Shown: positions 19,264 to 28,803 of the stretch, one piece after another
Numbering within the stretch: position 1 is the stretch's first letter
Layout of the letters: each line of letters begins with the position of its first letter
DNA from: Pseudomonadota bacterium
Lineage (GTDB): Bacteria > Pseudomonadota > Alphaproteobacteria > Caulobacterales > Aquidulcibacteraceae
DNA: 42,688 nucleotides
NCBI GenBank assembly: GCA_018241475.1
Contig: JAFEDV010000468.1
Span: 1 to 42,688, forward strand
Reading direction: 5' to 3'
Translations under genes and position numbers: made by a program
The notes under the pieces: generated by a model
What the model was told of the DNA's origin: nothing
Database searches by the model: none
The model's input: only the letters and a program-made list of their open reading frames with translations

Positions 19264-21126
19264 TCAGCGGGGATCGTGCGAGAGCGCGTGTGCGGCGAAG
19301 AAGCTCCAAATCTCCTCGCTGGCGTTGATGTCGAGGTTGGTCGCTCCGAGACCGTCCAGCACGCCCGCAGTGCCGGGCCAGGTGTGGCCGCCGCCATCGA
19401 CGACGTAGAACGCGACATCGTCGCCAGCGGTGCAATTGTAAGGCGCAAAGCGCGTGACGTGCGTTCCAGGCGATCTGCCGCTCTCGGGAAACGCGGTATC
19501 GGCGCCGCGCGGCTCGCAATGGTTGCGGCGCAGGAAGAATGAGGCTGTCTCGAACGCACTCAAGGTGATGCGAGTGGTGTTGTCGCCCGGCGGGCCGCCG
19601 CCGATACCCATACCGCCCATGCCGCCCATGCCGCCGGACCCCATGTCGCCGCCCATGCGGGTCATGGAGGACATGCCGGACGGATTCATGGACATGTCCG
19701 GCATTTGAGAAGCGCCGTTGCGAACGACGACGCCATTGTAGTTCACGCTCGGATCGGCGGTGCCGTGCATCAGCAGGATTGGCGCGGGATCGCCTTGGCA
19801 ACGGCTGCTGAGCTGGGTGTAGAGTTCGGCGCTGACCGAAGCGAATGCGGCGAAATAGGAGCTGGCGGAGCATGCCAGGCGCAGCGTCATGAAGCCGCCG
19901 TTGGAGAAGCCGCCCACATAGAGGCGGCGGCGATCGATGTTGAAGTCGATTCCGAGATCTTCGGTCAGCGTCTTGAGGAAACCGATGTCGTCCTGCGGCG
20001 CGATGGCCGGCTGGCGCACCAGATCGTAGTAGGCATTCCATTCGTGATGGAAGCCTTCAGGATAAACGACGATGAATCCGTGGCGCGCCGCCACCTCGTT
20101 CATGCGCGAAATCGCCGCCATCGCCGGCCCGTTGCTCGGCCTGCCATGGAGAAGGATGACAACGGGCGTTGGGTGCGCGGGATTGTATGATGGCGGCGCA
20201 TAGACGATCCATGAACGCGACACCCGCGCCGAGCCGTGCGCTCGCGGCGGTGTGAACGCCGCACGATCGAAGAAGAAGCGGTCGATCGCATCCGCCGCTT
20301 CCACACCCTGCTTGTTGAGCTGATAGCTGGCGCCATCATGAAACCAATCATGCTCGCCGCCCTGGATCTCAACATAAGCAAGAGGCGCGCCCGTGCAGTC
20401 GGGCATGTCGCCGCCGCCGCAGCCATTGATGCGCCGCCAGACATCGATCGTGGCCGACGCGTTCAGGAGGCGCGCACCCGTGCTGCTCGGAGCGCCTCGC
20501 GGCAAGCCACCGCCGGTTGGGAAGAAGTCGTCGCGGTCGCCGTGCATAATCAGCATCGGCGTCGCACGCCCGTTGGCGCAAGCCCGCTCGGCGTAGTCCC
20601 ACATCAGCGCACTGACGACGGCGACGCCGGCAAGATGCACGGCGCCGGTGCAGGCCATGCTGTAGGCCAAGGCGCCTCCGGTGTCATAGCCAACGACATA
20701 GATGCGCCCGCGGTCGATGGCGTAATCCTGCGCCAGCGCATCGATTGCCGCATTGATGAAACCGGCATCGTCTTGCGGCGGTTCACGCCGTTGCAGCGCC
20801 GCAAACCCGCCGTCGTTCCAATAGGCGCCAACGGTCTCCGGATAGAACAGGATGGCGCCCCGCCGTTCCGCGACCGCCGCCAGGTGGCTCATCGCGTGCA
20901 TCGCCTGCGCTGATGAAAACCGTCCATGAAGCGCGATGATCAACGGCGCCGGGCGCTCGCGCCGGTAGGTCTGCGGGACGTAAAGCCCGACCGAACGATT
21001 CACGCCGCCATGGCCGAGCGCAAACATGTCGAGATGCGCAAACGCAGGCGGTGCGGCGGCTTGTTGCGCCTGCGTTGGAGCGGATAGCGCCAGCGCCAAA
21101 ACGGCAGCCACGACTGAAGCTTTCAT
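19264..21126 (-). CDS. Secreted tandem-domain LpqC/PHB-depolymerase-like alpha/beta hydrolase
   Basis: Signal peptide (..AQA); two repeats of P.vi.LHG...vYP.g...wN..DD.gF...iD..RiYv.G..xGG...MHG..D...GG.H.W. Confidence 0.85.
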   Translation of the reverse strand: MKASVVAAVLALALSAPTQAQQAAAPPAFAHLDMFALGHGGVNRSVGLYVPQTYRRERPAPLIIALHGRFSSAQAMHAMSHLAAVAERRGAILFYPETVGAYWNDGGFAALQRREPPQDDAGFINAAIDALAQDYAIDRGRIYVVGYDTGGALAYSMACTGAVHLAGVAVVSALMWDYAERACANGRATPMLIMHGDRDDFFPTGGGLPRGAPSSTGARLLNASATIDVWRRINGCGGGDMPDCTGAPLAYVEIQGGEHDWFHDGASYQLNKQGVEAADAIDRFFFDRAAFTPPRAHGSARVSRSWIVYAPPSYNPAHPTPVVILLHGRPSNGPAMAAISRMNEVAARHGFIVVYPEGFHHEWNAYYDLVRQPAIAPQDDIGFLKTLTEDLGIDFNIDRRRLYVGGFSNGGFMTLRLACSASSYFAAFASVSAELYTQLSSRCQGDPAPILLMHGTADPSVNYNGVVVRNGASQMPDMSMNPSGMSSMTRMGGDMGSGGMGGMGGMGIGGGPPGDNTTRITLSAFETASFFLRRNHCEPRGADTAFPESGRSPGTHVTRFAPYNCTAGDDVAFYVVDGGGHTWPGTAGVLDGLGATNLDINASEEIWSFFAAHALSHDPR

Positions 21127-21278
21127 GCCCGACACTCCCCGCCCGATTACCCCCGAGCATAGGCGCCGGCGCCAATCAAGTTTGCGCGAGCGCGACGAAG
21201 CGGACCACCGCGACAGGCGGCCTTGGCGAACGAAAGGTCGACAAACGGGACTTCCTTCCCTAAACCGCCCTGCAGCAA

Positions 21279-22145
21279 ATGGCGGCCCCCGATACCGATG
21301 CGATCACCGCGGTTGTCGTCAGCCACGACAGCGAGCAGGCCCTGCCTGAATGCTTGCGCAGCCTTCGTGATGCAGGATTGACGGCGATCGTCGTCGATAA
21401 CGCATCGCAGGATGGAACCGTCGCCCAGGCGCGCGCGGCAGGCGCCACAATCATCGCCAACGAAGAGAACCAGGGCTATGGGCGCGCCGTCAATCAGGCG
21501 CTCAAAGCCGCGGCGAGCGAGTTCTGCCTGATCCTCAATCCGGACGTGTCTTTCGACAGCGGCGCGCCAGGGCAGCTGCTTGCGCTGCTTCGCGCGCAAG
21601 CTCGCGCCGCCGCGATCGCACCCAAGCTGATAGAGCGCGACGGTCGGATCTTCGAGTTGAGCGCCTCGCCCATAAACCCGCCGGCGGCGCACGCCCAGTT
21701 CGACGGCGCGGCGAGCCGCGGGCTGCTTTCCGGCGCCGCGTTGCTGGCGCGCCGCGAACGGCTTCTCGCCATCGGCGGCTTCGATCCGAACATTTTCCTC
21801 TTCTGGGACGACAACGATCTGTGCCGGCGTCTCGTCGATGCCGGCGACATGCTGCTGCTCGCCGACGCAGTCTTCATGAAGCATTCGCGGGGCGCCTCAA
21901 GCACGGTCGCGCCCGGTTCGATCTACGCGAGGCGCTGGCATCAAGCCTGGTCGCGTTTCTACGTCTTCAAGAAATTCGGCGTCGCCTCGGACGCAGACAG
22001 ATGGGTCTCCACCTATACACGCAAGGCCATGCTCGCGGGACTGTTCGGTGCGTCCCGGCGGGTCGAGCGCTATCGCGGTTCGCTGGACGGTGCGTTGGCA
22101 TTTCATTCTGGCGAAACCGCGCTCGCGCATCAGGGGCTGGCATGA
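21279..22145 (+). CDS. Glycosyltransferase family 2 (WbbL/rhamnosyltransferase-like)
   Basis: VVDNAS, NQGYGRAVN, LNPD, GGFD..FLF.DD.DL. Confidence 0.85.
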   Translation: MAAPDTDAITAVVVSHDSEQALPECLRSLRDAGLTAIVVDNASQDGTVAQARAAGATIIANEENQGYGRAVNQALKAAASEFCLILNPDVSFDSGAPGQLLALLRAQARAAAIAPKLIERDGRIFELSASPINPPAAHAQFDGAASRGLLSGAALLARRERLLAIGGFDPNIFLFWDDNDLCRRLVDAGDMLLLADAVFMKHSRGASSTVAPGSIYARRWHQAWSRFYVFKKFGVASDADRWVSTYTRKAMLAGLFGASRRVERYRGSLDGALAFHSGETALAHQGLA

Positions 22146-22999
22146 ACGCGCTGCGGCAAGAGAGCGTGCGTGTGCAAACCGCTCCGCCGCTGCCATTGTC
22201 GTGTTTTCTCATCACCAAGAATGAGGCCGACCGCATACGCCGCACCTTGACCGCGGTAAAGGACTGGGTGACGGATCTGGTTGTCGTCGATTGCGGAAGC
22301 ACCGACCACACCTGCGATATCGCTCGTGAACTGGGCGCGCGCGTGATCCATCACGACTGGGAAGGATTCGGCGCCCAAAAGAGTTTTGCCGAGAGCCAAT
22401 GCACCCAAGATTGGGTGCTGAACATCGACGCCGATGAGGTGGTCTCGCCCGCGCTTGCGGACGAAATTCGCGCGCTCTTTGCGGCCGGCGCGCCTCAGCT
22501 GCCCGCCTATGCCCTGCGCATTCTGGATGTCTATCCCGGCGCCGAACAGCCGCGCCTCTGGGCGGACGATTATGTTCAGCCCAGGCTTTACGACCGCCGT
22601 AGCGTCCGTTTCGACCCCTCTCCCGTCCACGATTCGCTTAGGCTCGAGGGCGTGCGGCCAGGCCGACTGCGCGGGCCCGTGCTGCATTTCTCGGTGCGCT
22701 CGATGGACGACCATTTCCATAAGTCGCTGGAGCGCGCGCGTTACAGCGCGGCGCACTCAAGGCTGAAATCGCCTATGGCGCTGCGGTTGCGGCTGGTGAC
22801 CGAATTTCCGATGGCCTTCTTGCGGTACTATGTCTGGCGCAGGCACTTCACCGGCGGATTGACGGGCTTTCAGGTCGCGGTGTCGGCGGCGTTCGGCCGC
22901 TTCGCACGGATCGCTCTGATGCTGGAGCGAAACCGGTCCGCCGCCGAACCCGACCTTGCGCAGAGCGCGTCAGCCTTGCGCGAGCGTCGTCGCGGCTGA
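22142..22999 (+). CDS. Glycosyltransferase family 2 (WaaE/KdtX-like)
   Basis: ITKNEA, VDCGSTD, WEGFGAQK, IDADE, VHD; ATGA overlap. Confidence 0.87.
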   Translation: MNALRQESVRVQTAPPLPLSCFLITKNEADRIRRTLTAVKDWVTDLVVVDCGSTDHTCDIARELGARVIHHDWEGFGAQKSFAESQCTQDWVLNIDADEVVSPALADEIRALFAAGAPQLPAYALRILDVYPGAEQPRLWADDYVQPRLYDRRSVRFDPSPVHDSLRLEGVRPGRLRGPVLHFSVRSMDDHFHKSLERARYSAAHSRLKSPMALRLRLVTEFPMAFLRYYVWRRHFTGGLTGFQVAVSAAFGRFARIALMLERNRSAAEPDLAQSASALRERRRG

Positions 23000-23004
23000 A
23001 TCGA

Positions 23005-23034
23005 AGACGGCCGGCGCTTCCGCGCCGGCCGTCT
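23005..23034. terminator. GC-rich hairpin between convergent GT2 and HU genes
   Basis: AGACGGCCGGCGC-TTCC-GCGCCGGCCGTCT, 13-bp perfect stem; no clear U tract. Confidence 0.55.
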
Positions 23035-23083
23035 CGACAACCCCCGAAGGGTCGTGTTCGTTTGCGCAGGCGAGGCGTTCGCC

Positions 23084-23464
23084 TTAGCGGCCGCCCATCA
23101 CTTGCGCTTTCATCACCGCCGATTGACGGAAGGCGAGTTTCTTCGACGCCTTGATCTTCACCGGCTCGCCCGTCTGCGGGTTGCGCCCCATGCGGGCCTT
23201 GCGGTGGCGGATCATGATCATGCCGACGTCGCCGATCTTCACTTTCGCGCCCTTCATCACGTACGCCTTCACGACGTCGAGATAGCCGTCCACGAAGTCC
23301 TTCGCTTGCACCTTCTTCATGCCCATGTGGTCGGCAACCGACTGCATCAGCGCGCTCGCCGTTACGGTCTTGCCTGCCGTGGCCGTCACCTTCGGCGGCT
23401 TGCGCACCGCCGGAGCAGCCTTCGCAGTCGTCTTCTTCGCTTTCTTCGCCATCTTGCGGGCCAT
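23084..23464 (-). CDS. HU family DNA-binding protein with Lys/Ala-rich N-terminal extension
   Basis: RKARMGRNPQTGEPVKIKA arm motif; RBS GAGAGG. Confidence 0.92.
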   Translation of the reverse strand: MARKMAKKAKKTTAKAAPAVRKPPKVTATAGKTVTASALMQSVADHMGMKKVQAKDFVDGYLDVVKAYVMKGAKVKIGDVGMIMIRHRKARMGRNPQTGEPVKIKASKKLAFRQSAVMKAQVMGGR

Positions 23465-23792
23465 CTTCAGTTCCTCTCTTCAAAGGTTGTCTTCACGTTA
23501 AACTCAACGAACTCAGCGTAAAATGCGGGTTTTCCCCGCTATCTCCGCTCAGCTGACGTGAGTGATGCCATTCAATTCTTGATGGAGCGTGACCGCGCCT
23601 CTCCGAAAATCGCCGAAAACCCGCGAAAAACGCGTGTTTTTGCGATGGCAGGCCGAATCCCTCGCAGATCGCGGGCAGAGTCGCAATGCAAAAAAGCTGA
23701 TTTGCAGCGGTTTCTGCGACAATTTGCACAAGCGCGCACCGCCGGGCGCGCGCCTTTTCCTTGTGGAATCGGCGATTTTTGAGCCGCCTCCC

Positions 23793-24572
23793 TTAGCGGA
23801 GGCCCATGCGGATCGCGCCGTCGAGGCGCACATGTTCGCCGTTGAAGTACGGATTGCGAATCATTTCGAGGGCAAGAGACGCGTATTCCTCAGGGTTTCC
23901 GAGCCGCTTCGGGAACGGCACGCTCGCCGCCAACGCATCCTTCACCTTTTGCGGAGCGCCCATCATCAGCGGCGTTTCGAAGATGCCGGGCAGGATGGTG
24001 TTGACGCGAATGCCCTCGCCCGAGAGATCGCGCGCGATCGGCAGCGTCATGCCGACGACGCCGCCCTTCGAGGCCGAATAGGCCGCCTGACCCATCTGCC
24101 CGTCGACGGCCGCAACCGAGGCGGTCATGACCATGGCGCCGCGTTCATCGTGCAGCGGATCGAGCGTCAGCATGCCGGCGGCCGATTTGGCGATGCAGCG
24201 GAAGGTGCCGATCAGGTTCACCTGGATGGTCAGTTCAAAGATGTTGAGCGGAAAATGCTTGATCTCGCCGCTCTCCTTGGAGCGGCTCGCGGTCTTCATC
24301 GCCGAGCCGATGCCGGCGCAGGCGACGAGGATGCGCTCCTGGCCGTTGGCCTTGCGCGCGGCGGCAAAGCCCTCGTCGACGCTCTCTTCGCTGGTGACGT
24401 CCACTTTGCAGAAGGTCGCGCCGGTCGCGGCCGCCGCGGTTTGGCCGGCATCCTCGTTGCGGTCGAAGATGGCGACCTTGACGCCGTTGGCCCGCAGCGC
24501 CTTCACGGTAGCCAGACCCAAGCCCGATGCGCCGCCCGTGACAACCGCCGAGACATCCGCTGAGAGACGCAT
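23793..24572 (-). CDS. SDR family 3-hydroxyacyl-CoA dehydrogenase type II-like
   Basis: TGGASGLG, DGQMGQAAYSASK, LPIARDL, RLDGAIRM; RBS GGAGG. Confidence 0.9.
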   Translation of the reverse strand: MRLSADVSAVVTGGASGLGLATVKALRANGVKVAIFDRNEDAGQTAAAATGATFCKVDVTSEESVDEGFAAARKANGQERILVACAGIGSAMKTASRSKESGEIKHFPLNIFELTIQVNLIGTFRCIAKSAAGMLTLDPLHDERGAMVMTASVAAVDGQMGQAAYSASKGGVVGMTLPIARDLSGEGIRVNTILPGIFETPLMMGAPQKVKDALAASVPFPKRLGNPEEYASLALEMIRNPYFNGEHVRLDGAIRMGLR

Positions 24573-24667
24573 TGTTTCCTCCAATTCTCGACGGGTTTTC
24601 TAGCCGCTGTGCGCGCGAACGCAAACGTGTAGGGTCGCCTAAACAGATCTGCGGCGGAGGCGGCGCG

Positions 24668-25345
24668 ATGGCGGGGGAATTGGGCGCGCCGTTCTGGGCG
24701 CTTGGCGGCTTGGGCGCCGCAGCGGCAGCGATCTATGGGCTCTTCTATCTGCGCCGGCGAGAGACGCTGCCGCGCGCCGCGCTCAAGGCGCTTTTCATGG
24801 TCGCTCTGACCGCGGCGTTCCAGAGCATCGGCGCGCCATGGATCGTGCTCCTGGCGCTCTCCGCCGCGGCGGTCGGCGATTTCATGCTGGCGTTCGACAA
24901 CAAAGCGATCCTGCCGCTCGGCGTGCTGGCGTTCCTGATCTGCCAGCTCGCTTATCTCTTCTTCTTCTGGACGCATCGCGAAACCGGCGCCGCACTCGAA
25001 CCTGCCGTGCTGCGCTATGGCGCGATGGCCTTGATTCTCGCCACCGCCATCGGCTTCCTCGTCTGGATGGGACCGAAGCTCGGGCCGATGGCGGCGGCGG
25101 TGATCCCCTACTCGATCGCCATCAGCGCCATGGCCTGCGCGGCGTTGCTGCTGCCCTGGCGCGGCTGGCCGGCGATGCTCGGCGTGGCGTCATTTCTGAC
25201 CAGCGACTTTGTGCTGTCGGCGGAACTCTTTCGCTTGGCGCCGAATGCGCCGGCGCGAAGGATTACTGCACCCATCGTGTGGTGGACCTATGTCGCAGCG
25301 CAGCTCTTGATCGCCTGGGGCGTCGTGCGCCTTCTGGGGCTGTGA
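24668..25345 (+). CDS. Lysoplasmalogenase (YhhN) family membrane protein
   Basis: Multi-TM; LKA, GDFML, FLxxQLAY, SDFVL, WWTYVAAQ. Confidence 0.82.
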   Translation: MAGELGAPFWALGGLGAAAAAIYGLFYLRRRETLPRAALKALFMVALTAAFQSIGAPWIVLLALSAAAVGDFMLAFDNKAILPLGVLAFLICQLAYLFFFWTHRETGAALEPAVLRYGAMALILATAIGFLVWMGPKLGPMAAAVIPYSIAISAMACAALLLPWRGWPAMLGVASFLTSDFVLSAELFRLAPNAPARRITAPIVWWTYVAAQLLIAWGVVRLLGL

Positions 25346-25492
25346 GCTTGCATGATCTTGCTTTGATTCTTGCACTGACATTCGCTGCGCGTGGACAAAC
25401 CCCTGCGCCAACGACGGCCACAACCACGATAGCATCCGCCACCTAGACAACTGTAGCGGATGTTGATGATCGGGCGGCCCAGCACGCTCATG

Positions 25493-25517
25493 CTCCCCCT
25501 AACGGGGGGAGGACGAG
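25493..25517. repeat. Single arm of a CIR-like palindromic repeat (possible hutU terminator)
   Basis: CTCCCCC-TAACG-GGGGGAG followed by GACGAG; the same GAGGACGAG tail ends the 37762-37890 element. Confidence 0.55.
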
Positions 25518-25525
25518 TCTTCTTC

Positions 25526-27190
25526 TCAGCTCAAGGACGGCAGGTCGAGTTTCTGCTCGCGTGCGCACTTTATGGCTTCTTCGTAGCCAGCGTCGGCGTG
25601 ACGCATGACGCCGGCGCCGGGATCGTTCCAGAGCACACGCGCGATGCGCTTGGCGGCGGCTTCGGTGCCGTCGCAGACGATGACGACACCGCTGTGCTGG
25701 CTATAGCCCATGCCGACGCCGCCGCCGTGATGCAGCGAAACCCACGTCGCGCCGGACGCGGTGTTCAGCAGCGCGTTGAGCAGAGGCCAATCGCTCACCG
25801 CGTCGCTGCCGTCGCGCATTTTTTCGGTCTCGCGATTGGGTGAGGCGACAGAACCTGAATCCAGGTGATCGCGGCCAATGACGAGCGGCCCCACCTCACC
25901 CCGCGCGACCATTTCGTTGAAGGCGCGGCCGAGGCGATGACGCTGGCCTAAGCCGACCCAACAGATGCGCGCAGGCAAGCCTTGGAAGGCGATGCGCTCT
26001 TTCGCCATGTCGAGCCAGCGATGCAGGTGCGCGTCGTTGGGGATGAGCTCCTTGACCTTCGCATCGGTCTTGGCGATGTCGTCGGGATTGCCGGTGAGCG
26101 CCGCCCAGCGGAACGGGCCGATGCCGCGGCAGAACAACGGACGAACGTAAGCGGGAACGAAGCCGGGATAGTCGAACGCATCCTCAACGCCCTCGTCCTT
26201 GGCGACTTGGCGAATGTTGTTGCCGTAATCGACGGTCGGAATGCCTTGCTTATGGAAGTCGAGCATGGCGCGCACGTGCACCGCGATGGAAGCGCGCGCG
26301 GCTTCGCGCACGGCTTCCGGATTCTGTGCACGCGTGGCGATCCAGCGTTCAACGGTCCAACCCGCGGGCAGGTAGCCATTCACAGTGTCGTGCGCGGAGG
26401 TTTGATCGGTGACGGCGTCCGGCTTGATGCCGCGCTTCACCATCTCCGGCAGAATCTCCGCCGCGTTGCCGAGCAGGCCCACGGAGACCGCTTCCTTCTT
26501 GGCGCATGCGTCGCTGATCAGTTTCAGCGCTTCGTCGAGTGAGTTTGCGCGCTTATCGAGATAGCGCGTTTGCAGCCGCTTCTCGATGCGGTCGCTTTGG
26601 CATTCGATGGCGAGGCAGCAGGCGCCGGCCATCACCGCCGCCAGCGGCTGCGCGCCGCCCATGCCGCCTAAGCCCGCCGTCAAAATCCATTTGCCGGACC
26701 AATCGCCGCCATAATGTTTGCGGCCCATTTCGGCGAAGGTCTCGTAGGTGCCCTGCACAATGCCTTGCGTGCCGATATAGATCCACGAGCCGGCCGTCAT
26801 CTGGCCGTACATCATGAGGCCCTTGCGATCGAGTTCGTCAAAGTGCTCCCAGGTCGCCCAGCGCGGCACCAAGTTGGAATTGGCGAGCAACACGCGCGGG
26901 GCGTCGGCGTGGGTCTTGAACACGCCGACCGGCTTGCCGGACTGGATCAGCAGCGTTTCGTCGTCCTCGAGGCGGCGCAGCGTCTCAACAACCTTATCGT
27001 AGGCGACCCAATCGCGCGCGGCGCGGCCGATGCCGCCGTACACAACAAGTTCCTCCGGATGCTCGGCCACATCCGGATCGAGATTGTTCATCAGCATGCG
27101 CAGCGGCGCCTCGGTGAGCCAGCTCTTGCAGCTCTTCTCGAGCCCACGCGGCGCGCGAATGACACGCGACGGATCGCGACGGGGATTCAT
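25526..27190 (-). CDS. hutU: Urocanate hydratase
   Basis: [51 protein letters not shown]. Confidence 0.97.
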   Translation of the reverse strand: MNPRRDPSRVIRAPRGLEKSCKSWLTEAPLRMLMNNLDPDVAEHPEELVVYGGIGRAARDWVAYDKVVETLRRLEDDETLLIQSGKPVGVFKTHADAPRVLLANSNLVPRWATWEHFDELDRKGLMMYGQMTAGSWIYIGTQGIVQGTYETFAEMGRKHYGGDWSGKWILTAGLGGMGGAQPLAAVMAGACCLAIECQSDRIEKRLQTRYLDKRANSLDEALKLISDACAKKEAVSVGLLGNAAEILPEMVKRGIKPDAVTDQTSAHDTVNGYLPAGWTVERWIATRAQNPEAVREAARASIAVHVRAMLDFHKQGIPTVDYGNNIRQVAKDEGVEDAFDYPGFVPAYVRPLFCRGIGPFRWAALTGNPDDIAKTDAKVKELIPNDAHLHRWLDMAKERIAFQGLPARICWVGLGQRHRLGRAFNEMVARGEVGPLVIGRDHLDSGSVASPNRETEKMRDGSDAVSDWPLLNALLNTASGATWVSLHHGGGVGMGYSQHSGVVIVCDGTEAAAKRIARVLWNDPGAGVMRHADAGYEEAIKCAREQKLDLPSLS

Positions 27191-27204
27191 GGGACGACTC
27201 CTTC

Positions 27205-27332
27205 TCCCCCTCTCCCTTGCGGAGAGGGGGGCGGGGGGTGAGGGGTGACGATCATCTGCGCGGCTGGATGTCCTAACTCGGCCTTGCCTGCAACAGCGGC
27301 ACGGCCCGACGCCCTCCGCAAGGGAGGAAGGG
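27205..27332. repeat. Bipartite CCCTCTCCC..GGAGAGGG palindromic intergenic element between hutI and hutU
   Basis: Left arm CCCCCTCTCCCTTGCGGAGAGGGGG..GGGTGAGGGG; degenerate right arm CCCTCCGCAAGGGAGGAAGGG. Confidence 0.7.
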
Positions 27333-27340
27333 TTCTCTGG

Positions 27341-28621
27341 TCACGCAACCCGCCCAGCGAAAACCCGCTCCCGCAACAGCGGCGCGCCGAGCCAATAGCT
27401 CAGCTCGGAGGGATGCTTCACGTCCCAGATGGCGAGATCGGCGGCCTTGCCGACTTCAAGCGTGCCAATTTCATCCAGGAGACCCAATGCGCGCGCGCCC
27501 TCGCGGGTGATGCCGGCGAGCGCTTCTTCGGGCGTCAGACGGAAAAGCGTGCATGCCATGTTGAGCGCCGTGAGCGGCGAGGTCATGGGCGAGGTGCCGG
27601 GATTGCAGTCGCTGGCGACGGCCACGTGGACGCCGGCTTTGCGCAACGCTTCAACTGGCGGCAGCTGCTTCTCCCGCAGGAAGTAGAACGCGCCGGGAAG
27701 CAGCACCGCAACCGTGCCGGCTCGCGTCATGGCGGCGATGCCGGCGTCGTCCAGATATTCGAGGTGGTCGGCGCTGAGCGCGTGGTGGCGTGCGGCGAGC
27801 GCGGCGCCGTGCTGATTGCTGAGCTGTTCGGCGTGCAGCTTAACATCGAGGCCCGCACTGCGCGCAGCGCTGAACACGTAGTCCACTTCTTCAGCGGTAA
27901 AACCGATGTTTTCGCAGAACGCGTCGACGGCATCGGCGGCGCCGGCGGCGGCGATGGCCGGGATCATCACGTCGGCGACGAGCTGCACGTAACCGGCGCG
28001 ATCGTCCTTAAATTCGGGGGGGATGGCGTGGAGGCCAAGGAAGGTGCGTTTGACGCGGACGCGCTGCGCGTCGGATCGCCCCCCCTCACCCTGCCCTCTC
28101 CCCCGCAAGGGGGGAGAGGGTTCGAGCGCGTACGTTTCCAACTTTTTTGCCGCTTCGAGCATTTTGAGTTCGGTTTCGAGATCGAGGCCGTAGCCGGATT
28201 TGATTTCGACGGTGGTGACGCCTTCGCGCGTGAGGCCCTTCAAACGCAGCGCAGCGCTTTGGATTAGCTGTTCCTTGGATGCGGCTCGCGTGGCGGCGAC
28301 GGTGGAGACGATGCCGCCGCCGGCGCGCGCGACCTCTTCATAACTCCTGCCTTGCAAGCGCATCTCAAATTCGCGCGCGCGGTCGCCGCCGAAGACCAGG
28401 TGGGTGTGGCAATCGACCAAGCCAGGCGTGATCCAGGCGCCGCCGAGCTTGTGAATTTCGTGGGCGCGTGCGGCGGCATCACCGGGAAACTCAGTGCGCT
28501 TGCCGATCCAGGCAATGCGGCCGCCCTTGGCGGCGATGGCGCCGTCTTCGATCGCGCCGTACGGCGCGCCCCCGGCTGTCATCGTCGCGAGATGGCAGTC
28601 GAGCCAGAGCGTATCCCACAT
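27341..28621 (-). CDS. hutI: Imidazolonepropionase carrying an in-frame repeat insertion
   Basis: [39 protein letters not shown]; ATG 28621. Confidence 0.95.
   Translation of the reverse strand: MWDTLWLDCHLATMTAGGAPYGAIEDGAIAAKGGRIAWIGKRTEFPGDAAARAHEIHKLGGAWITPGLVDCHTHLVFGGDRAREFEMRLQGRSYEEVARAGGGIVSTVAATRAASKEQLIQSAALRLKGLTREGVTTVEIKSGYGLDLETELKMLEAAKKLETYALEPSPPLRGRGQGEGGRSDAQRVRVKRTFLGLHAIPPEFKDDRAGYVQLVADVMIPAIAAAGAADAVDAFCENIGFTAEEVDYVFSAARSAGLDVKLHAEQLSNQHGAALAARHHALSADHLEYLDDAGIAAMTRAGTVAVLLPGAFYFLREKQLPPVEALRKAGVHVAVASDCNPGTSPMTSPLTALNMACTLFRLTPEEALAGITREGARALGLLDEIGTLEVGKAADLAIWDVKHPSELSYWLGAPLLRERVFAGRVA
28079..28120. repeat. Palindromic repeat arm inserted in frame in hutI
   Basis: CCCCTCACCCTG-CCCTCTCCCCC-GCAAG-GGGGGAGAGGG, 11-bp perfect stem; reverse-complement homolog of 27205-27245. 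Confidence 0.85.
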
Positions 28622-28654
28622 GCGCTCGTCATAAGCAGCCGGATAACAAAGCAC

Positions 28655-28785
28655 CACCCATTCCCGGATGCGCGAAGCGCAGTCCGGGACCCGTAACCCA
28701 ACCTTTCAGACGCAAGCGTGCTACTTCGCGCAGATGTGTTTGTGGGTCCCGGGCTCGATGCTTCGCATCGCCCCGGGAATGGGTG
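28655..28785. repeat. MITE/REPIN-like palindromic element in the divergent hutI-hutG intergenic region
   Basis: 13-bp perfect terminal inverted repeat CACCCATTCCCGG; inner IR CCGGGACCC/GGGTCCCGG; arm hairpins with CGAAG/CTTCG loops. Confidence 0.8.
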
Positions 28786-28803
28786 TGGAGTATAGGTGCG
28801 GGT

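Noticed and set aside
23493-23833. Small ORFs in the HU upstream gap
   Set aside because: Atypical codon usage, no RBS or motifs; better explained as regulatory DNA
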